DNA of 64,000 bases, taken from the IMG/VR virus record IMGVR_UViG_3300037153_000324, positions 10,374 to 74,373 of that record, one strand, 5' to 3'. The stretch comes from a virus. Numbering within the stretch: the first letter of the stretch is position 1; every line of letters begins with the position of its first letter. Below are positions 1 through 9,754 of this stretch, one piece after another. A program made the translations under genes and the position numbers. The notes under the pieces are model-generated. The model was not told where the DNA came from and did not search any database. It saw only the letters and a program-made list of their open reading frames with translations.

Positions 1-1
1 G

Positions 2-160
2 ACCGCAAAGAAGGTCAAGAAATACACTGATCCGTACGCTTGCGTTTTCTGCGGTCACAGTGTAGATATGCACATTCGCCGTCCAACTCCCTCCTGCCGT
101 GTAATCAAACTGGGTACCGGAGAAAAATGTAAATGTCAGGGGTTCAACAGAAAACCGTAA
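2..160 (+). CDS. Partial (5'-truncated) small Zn-binding protein
   Basis: Hand translation of frame 2: ...YACVFCGHSVDMH...SC...KCKCQGF*; CxxCGHxxxxH...C...CxC pattern common in phage small proteins. Confidence 0.5.
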   Translation, partial: TAKKVKKYTDPYACVFCGHSVDMHIRRPTPSCRVIKLGTGEKCKCQGFNRKP

Positions 161-345
161 AATTACCGTTCAAGCTCAGCGCTCAGGTGAAAGGAGTGCA
201 AAAGGCATATGGGCGTTTTGTCCAACAGTACGGCCAAGGTGAAGGCACTCGTATCTTCTTGGCGAAAGCCAAAGAGCAGGGAAAAGGAAAAACCATCCGA
301 CAAAAAGTAATTAGCGTCTACAAGAAGGGTGCGAAATTGAACTAG
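133..345 (+). CDS. Small basic hypothetical protein
   Basis: ORF track; Lys-rich; true start uncertain. Confidence 0.5.
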   Translation: MSGVQQKTVKLPFKLSAQVKGVQKAYGRFVQQYGQGEGTRIFLAKAKEQGKGKTIRQKVISVYKKGAKLN

Positions 346-346
346 C

Positions 347-730
347 GTGCCCAAGCACAACCCAACAGCCAAGGGCTTTCCTCCTGAAGCCGAAGTCGTC
401 AGAGCGGATGAAATGAGAGCCGTCCTGCAACGAGCAGAGCAAGAGCATCTGTCCAACCATAATTACAGTCCCGACGGTCATCGTATCAACACTCTGCGCC
501 CTGTTGGCCCGAAGGACTGGCTTGCTCAGGACACAGGACTGAATCGCCGCACTATTCAGCACATCATGAATGACGGCCAGAAATACATTGGCCTCTCGGT
601 AGCCGACAAGATTTTGACTGGCCTTGAGCTAACCCATTTGCTCGGTCGTGAAATTACTGTGATCCCCAACCCAAGCTGGTCGCTAGAGCGCTGGCAGCGG
701 TACATGGACGAGCGCGGATGCCGCCGTTGA
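347..730 (+). CDS. XRE-like helix-turn-helix protein
   Basis: WLAQDTGLNRRTIQHIMN...IGLSVADKILTGL resembles a Cro/C1-type HTH. Confidence 0.55.
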   Translation: MPKHNPTAKGFPPEAEVVRADEMRAVLQRAEQEHLSNHNYSPDGHRINTLRPVGPKDWLAQDTGLNRRTIQHIMNDGQKYIGLSVADKILTGLELTHLLGREITVIPNPSWSLERWQRYMDERGCRR

Positions 731-754
731 CATAGGTCTATATGTGCTACAAAT
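727..754 (+). promoter_or_regulatory. Putative sigma70-type promoter
   Basis: TTGACA (727-732) followed by TGcTACAAAT; spacer is short (15-16 nt). Confidence 0.35.
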
Positions 755-793
755 CAGGTGTCTTGCCTCACTCTCGGGCGGACGTTTCGGGCC

Positions 794-822
794 AGGGGGC
801 GGAGAAATCCGCCCCCTCTTTT
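794..822 (+). terminator. Intrinsic terminator
   Basis: AGGGGGCGGA-GAAA-TCCGCCCCCT 10-bp stem with GNRA loop, followed by CTTTT. Confidence 0.75.
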
Positions 823-884
823 GTTGCCGGAATGAAAAATCGTTATGCTGCGGATTTCCGCGTAAAGCCCACAGGAAGAAGGCG

Positions 885-2570
885 TTGGCCCGCAAAGCAG
901 TAGCCGCAAATCCCAGGCCGAAGAGCAGAATTTCACCCATTCGCGCACTGTCCAGACCGGACGAGTGGGCGATTGGTATGGGCTTGAGAGTAGATGCACG
1001 TCCCTTCAGCCTTGAAGGGCGCGAATACGTGCGCCAGGTGATCCGGGACTTCTCTCCCGAAATCGTGATCCCCAAGGCTGCACAGATGGCCTTCACAATT
1101 ACATTCCTTACCCGCTCCCTTCACTCCGTGGTCGAGCGGAAGTGGAATGGAATGTATTTGCTCCCGCTCAAAACGGGGGCCGTTCCCTTTGTTCAAGCCA
1201 GAATCGACCCGATCATCGAGTCCAATGCCTACCTCGATGCGAAATTTGCGTCAGTGGACAACCGCCTGCACAAGCAGACCACTGACCGGGTGAACCTCTA
1301 CATCAGAGGCACCAACATTTCGTCCGAGGTTCAGGAAGTTCCGGTCGATTTTGAAATTTGGGACGAGCGTGATCGGATGGTGGAAGAGAACCTAGAGGAC
1401 GCACGTCACCGGATGGACGGATCGCAAGTCAAGAAGCTGGTGCAGCTTTCCACTCCGACTGTCGATGGTCATGGCGTCTATAGCGACGATGCTTGGCCTC
1501 TTTCCGATCAGCACAGATGGGAAATTGCCTGTCCCGCTTGTGGTCGTTACCAATGCCTGAATTTCGATGACAAGGAATTGGATTACACCAATCTCAAGCT
1601 CGGAGACACTGCCGACGAGTGCGTGCTCGAATGTGCGTACTGCAAATATGCATTTACCGACCTAGAGCGCAAGACCGCAAATGCGACGGGTCGATGGGTC
1701 GCTGCAAACCCAAACGGCCTGCTTCGGGGATATTTCATCAACCAGTTCAATTCCCCAACGCAGTCTTTGTGGGAAATCATGCGTGGCTATTATGCGGGGC
1801 AGACAGATCAAAGGAAATTGAAGGCTTTTTGGCAGCAGAATATGGGCAGGCCGTATTCAGCGCCGGGAGACAGGATCACCGTCGAGCTTCTAGACAAGTG
1901 CCGTCTGCGTGGTTATTCCCTCGGTGGAATTCCAACCTCCTCGATTCATCTCGGAATCGACGTAGGAAATGTAATTCACGTATGGGCGTACATGCAAGAT
2001 CGTCAGAAGCGAAACTACGTCTGGCAGGTCAAGCTTTTTCGTGAGTGGAGCCAGTTGGACAAATTCCTTGGCTCGCTCATCTCCTTTGTTGGTGTCATCG
2101 ACGCGCATCCGGAAAAGTCGAAAGCTCGCGAGCTTTGCATGAAATATCACGGCAAGCTCTTCATGGGATTCGAGCAAGACCGCGATCAGCAGGGTGAAAT
2201 TGCGACGTGGGATAACGTGAAGCCACGTCAGGTGCCGGAAGTGAAGATCGACCGCACTCTCGCTTTCGACACTGTAATTTCACACATGATGAACGGTGCA
2301 ACCGTCTTGCCTGCCAATGCCCGTGAGCTTGGCGAGGCTATGCCGATGAAGCCGTGGAATGGGCTGTATCACCATCTGATTCAGCAGGTGCGTGTCGAAG
2401 AGGAAAATACAAAAGGACAGTTGATTGCTCGTTGGAAGCGAAACAAGAACCCTGACCACTGGCATCACGCGATGATGTTCGCGACAGTGGCGCTTTTGAA
2501 AAATGCCCCGCTGCAAGTACCTGCGGGATTTTCAAAAGCGGTTGGAGGGAGGAGTCTCGTTGGAGCGTAA
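885..2570 (+). CDS. Terminase large subunit (lambda GpA-like)
   Basis: GpA-type KAAQMAFT motif, IWDERD Walker B, STPT, SDQHRW-CPACG Zn motif, C-terminal GIDVG nuclease and DHWHHA; TTG start after GGAAGAAGG. Confidence 0.9.
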   Translation: MARKAVAANPRPKSRISPIRALSRPDEWAIGMGLRVDARPFSLEGREYVRQVIRDFSPEIVIPKAAQMAFTITFLTRSLHSVVERKWNGMYLLPLKTGAVPFVQARIDPIIESNAYLDAKFASVDNRLHKQTTDRVNLYIRGTNISSEVQEVPVDFEIWDERDRMVEENLEDARHRMDGSQVKKLVQLSTPTVDGHGVYSDDAWPLSDQHRWEIACPACGRYQCLNFDDKELDYTNLKLGDTADECVLECAYCKYAFTDLERKTANATGRWVAANPNGLLRGYFINQFNSPTQSLWEIMRGYYAGQTDQRKLKAFWQQNMGRPYSAPGDRITVELLDKCRLRGYSLGGIPTSSIHLGIDVGNVIHVWAYMQDRQKRNYVWQVKLFREWSQLDKFLGSLISFVGVIDAHPEKSKARELCMKYHGKLFMGFEQDRDQQGEIATWDNVKPRQVPEVKIDRTLAFDTVISHMMNGATVLPANARELGEAMPMKPWNGLYHHLIQQVRVEEENTKGQLIARWKRNKNPDHWHHAMMFATVALLKNAPLQVPAGFSKAVGGRSLVGA

Positions 2571-3174
2571 GCGTTCAACACCGTCTGATCGCGCAGAGAC
2601 ACAGCGACAGCAGGTAAAGCGTGTTCGGCGTCGGTACAAAGTCAACCTCAGCACACGAAGAAAATTCCTGCCGGGTGAGCAAGATCACATTGCCGATATG
2701 GTGATTGTTCTCAAGCTCGCCGGTTACTCGCGTGTTCAAATAGGAAGTGTCGTTGGAATTTCAAGAGGACAGGTCAGGGAAGTCCTTGAAGATCCGGCTG
2801 TACAGGAAAAGCTCGTCCTCTTGCGGAGTAAGTTGCCGCAAGCGGCCCTGGAATTGCTGCACGGTTACTCAATCGAGGCTGTGCAGTCGATTGTCGCCGT
2901 CATGCGTGAGTCAGGTGACGACTCGCTGGTGCTCAAGGCGGCGGGTGAAATTCTAGACCGCGCAGGTGTCGTCAAAGCTTCTCGTCAGGAGCGGCACAAC
3001 GTGATCGAGGAAGTCACGACGTTTGCCGACGATGGAATTGTTGATCGACTGCGTGAAGCTCCGGTACATGTGCAGGAAGAGGCTGCCCAAATTATCGAGA
3101 AGCTGGAAGAGCTAATGGCTCAGAACGCTGACGGAAATTCAGCACCGGAGCCAGAGGAAACGACCGATGAGTAG
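2560..3174 (+). CDS. HTH protein, possible terminase small subunit
   Basis: GYSRVQIGSVVGISRGQV HTH plus LKAAGEILDRAG motif; TTG start after GGAGGGAGGAG; lies between terminase and portal. Confidence 0.5.
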   Translation: MERKRSTPSDRAETQRQQVKRVRRRYKVNLSTRRKFLPGEQDHIADMVIVLKLAGYSRVQIGSVVGISRGQVREVLEDPAVQEKLVLLRSKLPQAALELLHGYSIEAVQSIVAVMRESGDDSLVLKAAGEILDRAGVVKASRQERHNVIEEVTTFADDGIVDRLREAPVHVQEEAAQIIEKLEELMAQNADGNSAPEPEETTDE

Positions 3175-4684
3175 ATGGCGGAAAGTTTGGGAGCAGGTAA
3201 TTTCACCGTGGAGTTGGTTTCTTGATGGAGGAGTGCGCTCTACGGTAAGGGCTGTTGGCCTGAAATTCTGGCCTCCCAGGCATCCGCTCTACGAAGGCAC
3301 CATTGTCAACTTCGAGCTTACTCGTCAGCTTTACCGAAATTCTGGTGACGCAGCACTTGGCACGGCATTTGCCAAACCGATTGTCGATCTTCAAGTGCAG
3401 TTCATGGGTTTACCGCTTGCATCGACTGGCGACGAGGCAATCGACACGTTCCTGAACGAATGTCTGCATACCTATTGGGTTGATGAAATTCAACAGGGTA
3501 TGCGGGACTCTATTCGTGATTCACTTGTAATTATCCGGCTACAACAGCCGGATTTGTTTGACCCGCTCATGACAATCGAGGAGCAAGAGCATTGCACAGT
3601 CGAATGCATTGCACCCGAGCGCGTACAGATCGAGCGTGACGTTGCCAATAAGCGCATCATTCGGAAGGCAATCGTCAGTCACAGAATGCAATTTGTAACA
3701 GATCCCGGCAGTGTCACCGAGGGTCGTGAACCGATTGTCGAGGAGCATGAAGTCCTTGAAATCATCACACGGGACACGTACCGCTTCTTCGACCAGAACA
3801 CGAACGAATACATCGACTCGCTAGGCGCTCCGAACCGCTGGAATTTCGTGCCACTTTTGGAAGCGTGGAACGAGTGGGATACGGCTCTGCAAGGCGGAAT
3901 GTCTGACCTAGAGACTGTAATTCCATTCATGCAGGCTTTTCACGACGTACTAACGCAGGGGTTACAGGCGCATAAGTATCACTCGACCCCGAAGTTGAAA
4001 TTGCGGCTCTCGGATGTTCTTGCATTTATTCGGGCGAATTTCCCGGATATCATCGACCCCGAGACAGGCGACGTGATACCGAATGCGACGATCAACTGGA
4101 ACGGTCGTGAAGTCCTGTTTTTCCAGGCAGAGGATGACGCAGGTTTCATCGAGGCCAAATCGGTACTCAACGACACCAAGACGTTGCTGGAATTTCTGAT
4201 TGATTGTATTTGCATTGCTAGCCAGACTCCTGAGTGGGCTTTCATGCGGGTTGATAGTGGCTCTGCAAACTCCGACCGCAACGCGCAGACCGTTCCGTTC
4301 GTGAAGAAAATCGACCGGAAGCGTAACGGTCATGCGAAGTGGATTCAGGAGCTTTGCAAGATGGTGCTCGTCTCTCAGAACGAAATTCCACATCGACCGA
4401 CGATTACTTGGCAGATGATTCGGGTTGATGACGAGGTTCTTTTCATGCAGGCATTTCAGCAACTCGTCATGGGGTTGGAAGTCGCTGCGGCCAGGGGTGA
4501 AATCTCAGACGAGACATACCGGAAGATGATAAAGCAGTTCCTTCCGGCGATGAAAAATACGACGCAGGAAGCCATCGACGCTCAGAGAGACTTCAGAGCG
4601 CAACAGGTGCAACAGGCGGCTCTCAATCCGGCTCCTACGCAACCGCTACCCGTTCAGGGTGGCCCACAAGGCTCCAACGAATGA
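3167..4684 (+). CDS. Portal protein
   Basis: 505 aa after terminase; FAKPIVD..VQFM, FVPL..., G.SDLE.VI features typical of SPP1/Gp6-like portals. Confidence 0.8.
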   Translation: MSRWRKVWEQVISPWSWFLDGGVRSTVRAVGLKFWPPRHPLYEGTIVNFELTRQLYRNSGDAALGTAFAKPIVDLQVQFMGLPLASTGDEAIDTFLNECLHTYWVDEIQQGMRDSIRDSLVIIRLQQPDLFDPLMTIEEQEHCTVECIAPERVQIERDVANKRIIRKAIVSHRMQFVTDPGSVTEGREPIVEEHEVLEIITRDTYRFFDQNTNEYIDSLGAPNRWNFVPLLEAWNEWDTALQGGMSDLETVIPFMQAFHDVLTQGLQAHKYHSTPKLKLRLSDVLAFIRANFPDIIDPETGDVIPNATINWNGREVLFFQAEDDAGFIEAKSVLNDTKTLLEFLIDCICIASQTPEWAFMRVDSGSANSDRNAQTVPFVKKIDRKRNGHAKWIQELCKMVLVSQNEIPHRPTITWQMIRVDDEVLFMQAFQQLVMGLEVAAARGEISDETYRKMIKQFLPAMKNTTQEAIDAQRDFRAQQVQQAALNPAPTQPLPVQGGPQGSNE

Positions 4685-4827
4685 GAACCCGGCCAGCAGT
4701 ACCGAGAATTGGGCGTAGAAGGAAATTGCGTGTGAAAAAGACCGCGAGACGGACGATTGCCGGAAAGCGTAATCCGAAGCAGCTTTCGGCCGCACTGGGA
4801 CGGAAGAGAGTGAGGAGACGCAGATGA
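4681..4827 (+). CDS. Protamine-like Arg/Lys-rich mini-protein (48 aa, not in ORF track)
   Basis: MRTRPAVPRIGRRRKLRVKKTARRTIAGKRNPKQLSAALGRKRVRRRR; ATGA overlaps with the portal stop and the next start. Confidence 0.6.
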   Translation: MRTRPAVPRIGRRRKLRVKKTARRTIAGKRNPKQLSAALGRKRVRRRR

Positions 4828-4967
4828 GCAGGATCAACACAGTTCCGGGTGGCCGTGTAATTTCAGGTTACGGTGGCCCGATTCAATGGCTCAGAGAAAC
4901 GAACGGCCGGAAGATTGCGAGAATTACACCAACTCTCGGATTTTTTGGGAGGTTGATCCGCAGGTAA
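4824..4967 (+). CDS. Small basic protein (47 aa, not in ORF track)
   Basis: MSRINTVPGGRVISGYGGPIQW...GRLIRR; GAGGAG SD; TAATG coupling to the next ORF. Confidence 0.55.
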   Translation: MSRINTVPGGRVISGYGGPIQWLRETNGRKIARITPTLGFFGRLIRR

Positions 4968-5161
4968 TGGCACGAAAGCGCAGTGGAATCAAGATCAAGA
5001 AATCTCACCAAGGCCGCTTGCGAAGAAAAGCGGGTACAAAGAAGGGAAAGAAAATCCCGGTTTCCAAGCTCCGCTCGATGAAGAAGAGTAAAAGCGCAGC
5101 AACTCGTCGTCAGGCGACATTCGCCCTGAACGCGAGACGCTGGAATCGCGGAAGGAGGTAA
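4967..5161 (+). CDS. Small highly basic protein
   Basis: MARKRSGIKIKKSHQGRLRRKAGTKKGKKIP...; GGGAGG SD; no acidic residues. Confidence 0.65.
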   Translation: MARKRSGIKIKKSHQGRLRRKAGTKKGKKIPVSKLRSMKKSKSAATRRQATFALNARRWNRGRR

Positions 5162-5281
5162 TTACACTGAGAATTCTAAGGGTACCAACATACGGGCCAA
5201 AGGGGAAGGTAATTTTCAAGAATCCCACGACCCGTATCGTTCACAGTCCTCCCGGCAAGGTTCACAAGTAGGAGGAATTAC

Positions 5282-5665
5282 ATGACAAAGATCGTCAAAG
5301 CATCGAACACCAAGTCTCCCAAGACTCCTCGCGAGCTTTCCAGCGGTGGTGAAATTGCGGAGAGCAAGAATCAGATCGCACAGCGCGGAAAGCGTCGTAC
5401 CACTTCCGATGCGAAAGTTCGCCGGGTCATGGCTCGCGACCCGCAAGATCCGCTGTCGAGAGGCGCTCCTGCCAAAGACGTGACGGAGCAAATTCGGGGT
5501 TACAGCAATCCCAACGTGGATTTCGACCCGTCACAGGCTCCGGGTGCAGTCTCGGTCAAAAAGGCTCCGCTTCCGAAGCCGGGAAATACAAATGCGGGGC
5601 ACCAGAAGGTCATCAAATACAACAACCAGCAGAGGACTGGCGGAAAAACGCTCAAAAGGCACTGA
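5282..5665 (+). CDS. Basic low-complexity head-region protein
   Basis: ORF with GGAGG SD. Confidence 0.6.
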   Translation: MTKIVKASNTKSPKTPRELSSGGEIAESKNQIAQRGKRRTTSDAKVRRVMARDPQDPLSRGAPAKDVTEQIRGYSNPNVDFDPSQAPGAVSVKKAPLPKPGNTNAGHQKVIKYNNQQRTGGKTLKRH

Positions 5666-5666
5666 G

Positions 5667-6827
5667 ATGGATTGGGCTGAAATTTTCGAACAGTTCGATT
5701 TTGTAGCAGCCGAGTATTCCTCGGATGCAGTTGCGGGATTGGTACCGCTTGATCCTGCAACTGTTGCTGCGGTTACGGAAGGCGATCCGGAACCGAAATT
5801 CGCAACGTTCGTGATCGAATCGGGTTGGTCGAAGTCCAAGCGCTTTTGGGGGCCAGAGCTATTTCAGAACGTGGCGGAGCAGATCAATTCTTCGGACGAG
5901 TCGATTGTGGGTTACATGGGCCACATTCGGCCCGAGGACGATCCGTACGTGTTTCCTGAAATTCAGCTTCATTGGCTCCGAGCAAAGGCAATTTCAGCGG
6001 GTGACAAAGCGAAGCTCGCTGTCAAAGCCTACGTTCTACCGGGAACGAAAGGCCGTGACTACCTCAAGCGCGGTCTTGTGAAATCCGTCTCCTGGCGAGG
6101 CAAAGTGCTACAGGTGCCGTTCGAGAAGGGGGTTCGCGTAAAGGAATATGTAATCGAGTCCATCGACCTGTCTCGGCCGCGTGCTGCCGGGATGAGTGCA
6201 AAACTCGTCGGCGGTCTGACGAGCGAAATGGAGGAAGGGAGTGACGAAGTGAAGCCAGAGGAAATTTCCGCCTTGGCTGCAAACGAGCTTCGTGCGCACA
6301 ATGCCAAGCTCGTCAGCGAAATCGAAGCGGACGCGAGAAAGCCGCTCGAAGTGAAAGTCTCCGAGATGGAAACGGAGAATGAGTCACTGAAGGCGGATGG
6401 CGACATTCTTGCCAAGGTTCGTGCTGCTCTGGAAATTTCTCCGGATGCGGATGTGCTCGATGTTCTCGGCAAGGTGCTCGATCAGGTGAAGGCTGCTGGT
6501 CGTACCGTACGCGAGTCCATCCTCGCAACGGTGCTCGAAAAGAAATTCAAGGACAGGGGTACACAGAAGCTCGTTGCCGCTGCGCTTGCTTCTGAAATGT
6601 CCGGCCTCACGCTTTTTTGCGACGAGGCGCATCGTGACGACGATCAGAAGGCCGTCTCGGAGATGGTCAACAATTACATCAACCAGGACGACGATCTGAA
6701 AAAGTTGGTTTCGGAGATGGAGGAGACTCCTCCTGCTGTCACCAACACGTCGCCCCCGAGAGACAACGATCCCGAGTACAAGCCGGGAATGGAAAATTCC
6801 CGCATTCGCGTTCGTTCAGCAGCGTAG
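5667..6827 (+). CDS. Prohead protease/scaffold fusion (putative)
   Basis: Upstream of the MCP; N-terminal globular domain ([31 protein letters not shown]) followed by a helical acidic scaffold region. Confidence 0.65.
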   Translation: MDWAEIFEQFDFVAAEYSSDAVAGLVPLDPATVAAVTEGDPEPKFATFVIESGWSKSKRFWGPELFQNVAEQINSSDESIVGYMGHIRPEDDPYVFPEIQLHWLRAKAISAGDKAKLAVKAYVLPGTKGRDYLKRGLVKSVSWRGKVLQVPFEKGVRVKEYVIESIDLSRPRAAGMSAKLVGGLTSEMEEGSDEVKPEEISALAANELRAHNAKLVSEIEADARKPLEVKVSEMETENESLKADGDILAKVRAALEISPDADVLDVLGKVLDQVKAAGRTVRESILATVLEKKFKDRGTQKLVAAALASEMSGLTLFCDEAHRDDDQKAVSEMVNNYINQDDDLKKLVSEMEETPPAVTNTSPPRDNDPEYKPGMENSRIRVRSAA

Positions 6828-6841
6828 AGAGGAGGAAATTC

Positions 6842-7402
6842 GTGTCAGACGACGCTGCAATCGACAACAAGGAACACATCCCGTTCGATGCGCTCGAAGA
6901 GGAGTCGTACGGCTCGCCAGGGCATGTTCAGACGGGTGTTGCTCCTGTTCTCGGCCCGACACCATCCGCAAAAGGAAATCCCTACGTGAGCGAGGAAGAG
7001 CAGAACATGGAGATGGAGCCGAAGGTGATGGGGCCGGGGCCATTCGGTTCTCCGATCCCGGAAACGTCTGCTGGTCGGTTGATGCCGATTCAGGATCACC
7101 CGCTCAACGCTGAAAATCTGCCGGAAGGGCATCCGGCAGCGCTTGCGAGCGATTTCGGTCAAGAGGCCGAAGGGAAGAAAATCGCTCCCGGTGAGGCAAC
7201 GCCGCATTCGGGCATGCCGACGGGTGGCGAGAGCACGGCAACCGCCGAAGGCGACTACGAAGAGATGACGGTTGCACAGCTTCGTGATCTGGCGAAGGAG
7301 CGGGGAATTTCAAGTTACTCGTCCATGAACAAAGACGAGTTGATCGAGGCCCACGAAACCTACGACGAGAATGGCGGCGAGAAGGAATCCGACGAAGCAT
7401 AG
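6842..7402 (+). CDS. Acidic Pro/Gly-rich protein with C-terminal Rho-N/HeH-like domain
   Basis: [32 protein letters not shown] matches the Rho N-terminal-like motif. Confidence 0.7.
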   Translation: MSDDAAIDNKEHIPFDALEEESYGSPGHVQTGVAPVLGPTPSAKGNPYVSEEEQNMEMEPKVMGPGPFGSPIPETSAGRLMPIQDHPLNAENLPEGHPAALASDFGQEAEGKKIAPGEATPHSGMPTGGESTATAEGDYEEMTVAQLRDLAKERGISSYSSMNKDELIEAHETYDENGGEKESDEA

Positions 7403-7415
7403 GAAGGAGGAAACT

Positions 7416-7838
7416 GTGAAATTTGTGCTTTCCATGCTGTTCGGCTGGCTCCTTGTCGCAATGGGTCAGCTTCGGTCAGATGGCCGAGCAACTGTCGGCG
7501 GAATTACATGGCCTGCTGCTCAGGCCATCGTGTTCGGTGATCTGTACCGCGTCAACGGTTGGAACGGAATTGCGCTCAACAATGTTGGCGCATCGGACAC
7601 GGTTCGAGTCGGTGATATGGAAATTGCGCCGGATCGAATCTGGATCGTGAAATTGCCTGCGGCCGTCAACCCAGTCAAAGGTGATGTGCTGTACTGGGCA
7701 ACTGCCGACAACAGCACATTTCAGCGGGGCGATACCAACCTCGCTGCGTCAGGCAGCAGTGCGCCCGCGTGCAAGGTGCTCAAGTCGAAGGACGCAAACG
7801 GCTACGCGGAAGTCCGCGTGCTCAACGTCGGACTGTAG
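7416..7838 (+). CDS. Capsid decoration/cement protein (DUF2190-like)
   Basis: Directly upstream of the MCP; GDVLYW...G.V motif; GTG start after GGAAGGAGG. Confidence 0.6.
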   Translation: MKFVLSMLFGWLLVAMGQLRSDGRATVGGITWPAAQAIVFGDLYRVNGWNGIALNNVGASDTVRVGDMEIAPDRIWIVKLPAAVNPVKGDVLYWATADNSTFQRGDTNLAASGSSAPACKVLKSKDANGYAEVRVLNVGL

Positions 7839-7850
7839 AAAGGAGTGAAA

Positions 7851-9029
7851 ATGGCGAAAAGATCAAGCAGCCTCGTTCCCGAAGCGCCCGTGATCGACGA
7901 CATGGTGCGTGTAATTGGGAACGGCCAGTGGGCTGTGCGACACGACGGACGTTTTGCTCCGCTTTCACCGGGCGCGTTTGTCGGAACCCACGATGGTCGT
8001 CCGCTGCGTCATCGGGCTTGGACACCGAGCCGTGTTGTCGGTGAAATGTCCGCAGTCAGCATCATTTCTGCGTCCGAGATGGAGTCCAGGCTCGTTCCGG
8101 AATTTCGTCGGGACTGCATGGAAATCGAGCTTCTTCAGAGCGCGTCGGAAATGATTACGACGGCTCAGGGTGCGATGGACTTGCTCGAAAAGGTGCGGCT
8201 CGATATCGAAGTCGGGCTAGCCGACGTGCCAGTGCTCTACACGCCGCTGTACGAGCGCATCAACGGCCCGTTTCCTGGCGGCTCCGTCCAGATCGGCGGC
8301 GATGTGGTTTTCGACGCACACATCGTTTTCCAGCAGAAATTCGAGGCTGGCGAAGTCGTGTTCGGTACGCTCGCAAAGGCCGGAGCACCGTCGTTCGTGC
8401 CCATCGCGACGTACGCGGCAGGATTCGAGTGGACAGAGGACATTCTCGAATTCGACCGTTCGTATGAAATTGGCATGAATGCAAGGGCGTTCGGAAGGTC
8501 GTACAATTACCTTCTGAACCATTTGCATTTCTCGCCAATCCTGACCTACACCTACACTGCTCCGAACCAGACGCCTGCGAATGCGACTGGTACGACGACG
8601 CAGGAAAAGACGCTCCGGACATTTCAGGATGCGTACAAGGAAGCTGCGATGGCGACCACGCAGCGGATTCCGAACACGGTGCTCGCGAACGAGGCAGATC
8701 GTTTTCAGGTCGAGGATGCTCTGCTTACTCCCGTTCTCGACGACGCAGGAAATTTGCTGCGGCGTGTGCCGGTGGATACCATCATCTACTACAACGGGGC
8801 CACGGTCACGAACGGTACCGAGTCGGTCGTGTATCCGGGCGTCACACAGGGCAAGTGCTATTTCATCGCTCCTCGCACGCGAATGAAAGAGCTTGTCCAT
8901 CACGATCTGCGTGTCGATATCGGCCCGCAGGACATTTCACGTCTGGTCGAGGGACAGCAGGTGGCTCGGACGAGGCGCGGTATGTATCTCGATATCGCCA
9001 ACTCGGTTGAGGAAATTACACTACCCTGA
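7851..9029 (+). CDS. Major capsid protein
   Basis: Position, size, GC3-rich codons, GEV.FG and YAAGFEWTED motifs; AAAGGAG SD. Confidence 0.75.
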   Translation: MAKRSSSLVPEAPVIDDMVRVIGNGQWAVRHDGRFAPLSPGAFVGTHDGRPLRHRAWTPSRVVGEMSAVSIISASEMESRLVPEFRRDCMEIELLQSASEMITTAQGAMDLLEKVRLDIEVGLADVPVLYTPLYERINGPFPGGSVQIGGDVVFDAHIVFQQKFEAGEVVFGTLAKAGAPSFVPIATYAAGFEWTEDILEFDRSYEIGMNARAFGRSYNYLLNHLHFSPILTYTYTAPNQTPANATGTTTQEKTLRTFQDAYKEAAMATTQRIPNTVLANEADRFQVEDALLTPVLDDAGNLLRRVPVDTIIYYNGATVTNGTESVVYPGVTQGKCYFIAPRTRMKELVHHDLRVDIGPQDISRLVEGQQVARTRRGMYLDIANSVEEITLP

Positions 9030-9412
9030 TGCCTAGGCCAAAGGAAGTGCTCACGGATTTTCATGGGCACCTACAGCGGATCGAAAACAAAGTCGATGCA
9101 ATTCTCGTTCTCATGGGAGGTTTGATCCGAATGGCAGTAGATGAAGCTGCATTCGATGCAGCGCTGACGGAATTTCTCTCGGACGTGGAGGCCGGAATGC
9201 AGGCTGTTCAGGCGAAGCTCGATTCGCTTGGCACGCCGGTCGATCTGTCCGACGAGCTTCAGCAGATCCGGGACGCGAAAGACAAATTCAACGATCAGGT
9301 GCAGACGGCACTCGCCAGTGGTGGCGGCGCAACGGATCAGGGCGATCAGGGTACGGGGGAGCTAACTCCCGAAGAGCCGTCGTCCTCTGGCGAGGAACAG
9401 GTCGAGGAGTAA
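9029..9412 (+). CDS. Coiled-coil hypothetical protein
   Basis: ORF coupled to the MCP stop. Confidence 0.55.
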   Translation: MPRPKEVLTDFHGHLQRIENKVDAILVLMGGLIRMAVDEAAFDAALTEFLSDVEAGMQAVQAKLDSLGTPVDLSDELQQIRDAKDKFNDQVQTALASGGGATDQGDQGTGELTPEEPSSSGEEQVEE

Positions 9413-9436
9413 CGCAATTTCAATTCAACCTGAGAT

Positions 9437-9465
9437 GAGGGGCACGGCGAGGGTGCCCTTTGTTT
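9437..9465 (+). terminator. Intrinsic terminator after the capsid operon
   Basis: GAGGGGCAC...GTGCCCTTT stem followed by GTTT. Confidence 0.55.
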
Positions 9466-9478
9466 CGGGGGAGGGCAC

Positions 9479-9754
9479 ATGGAGTGCCAGGTGTGTTTTC
9501 AACCGGAATGCTCCGAGTCGATTGGAGCGATGCAGCGGCCTCGTCCTGGGGCCGTTCCGACGAAATTACAACCTGGGGAGAAGGAGTATCGCGGGTACGG
9601 AGAATGGGCAATTACACCTGATGAAGCACAATTTGTTCTTCACCGTGGCTACGCGATTGTGAATGGAAAAAAACGCCATGTACATTTCATTCAAAATGAG
9701 GCGTACGTGGCACAAGTCTACGTTGATGGTACCGGGGGCGGTGACAGGTACTAG
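9479..9754 (+). CDS. Hypothetical protein (CxxC)
   Basis: ORF with GGGAGGG SD. Confidence 0.5.
   Translation: MECQVCFQPECSESIGAMQRPRPGAVPTKLQPGEKEYRGYGEWAITPDEAQFVLHRGYAIVNGKKRHVHFIQNEAYVAQVYVDGTGGGDRY

Noticed and set aside
744-884. N-terminal extension of terminase from GTG 744
   Set aside because: It spans a terminator hairpin; TTG 885 has the SD
4684-4885. Packaging RNA (pRNA-like) after the portal
   Set aside because: The apparent gap is fully occupied by two coupled small ORFs, and the pairing is weak
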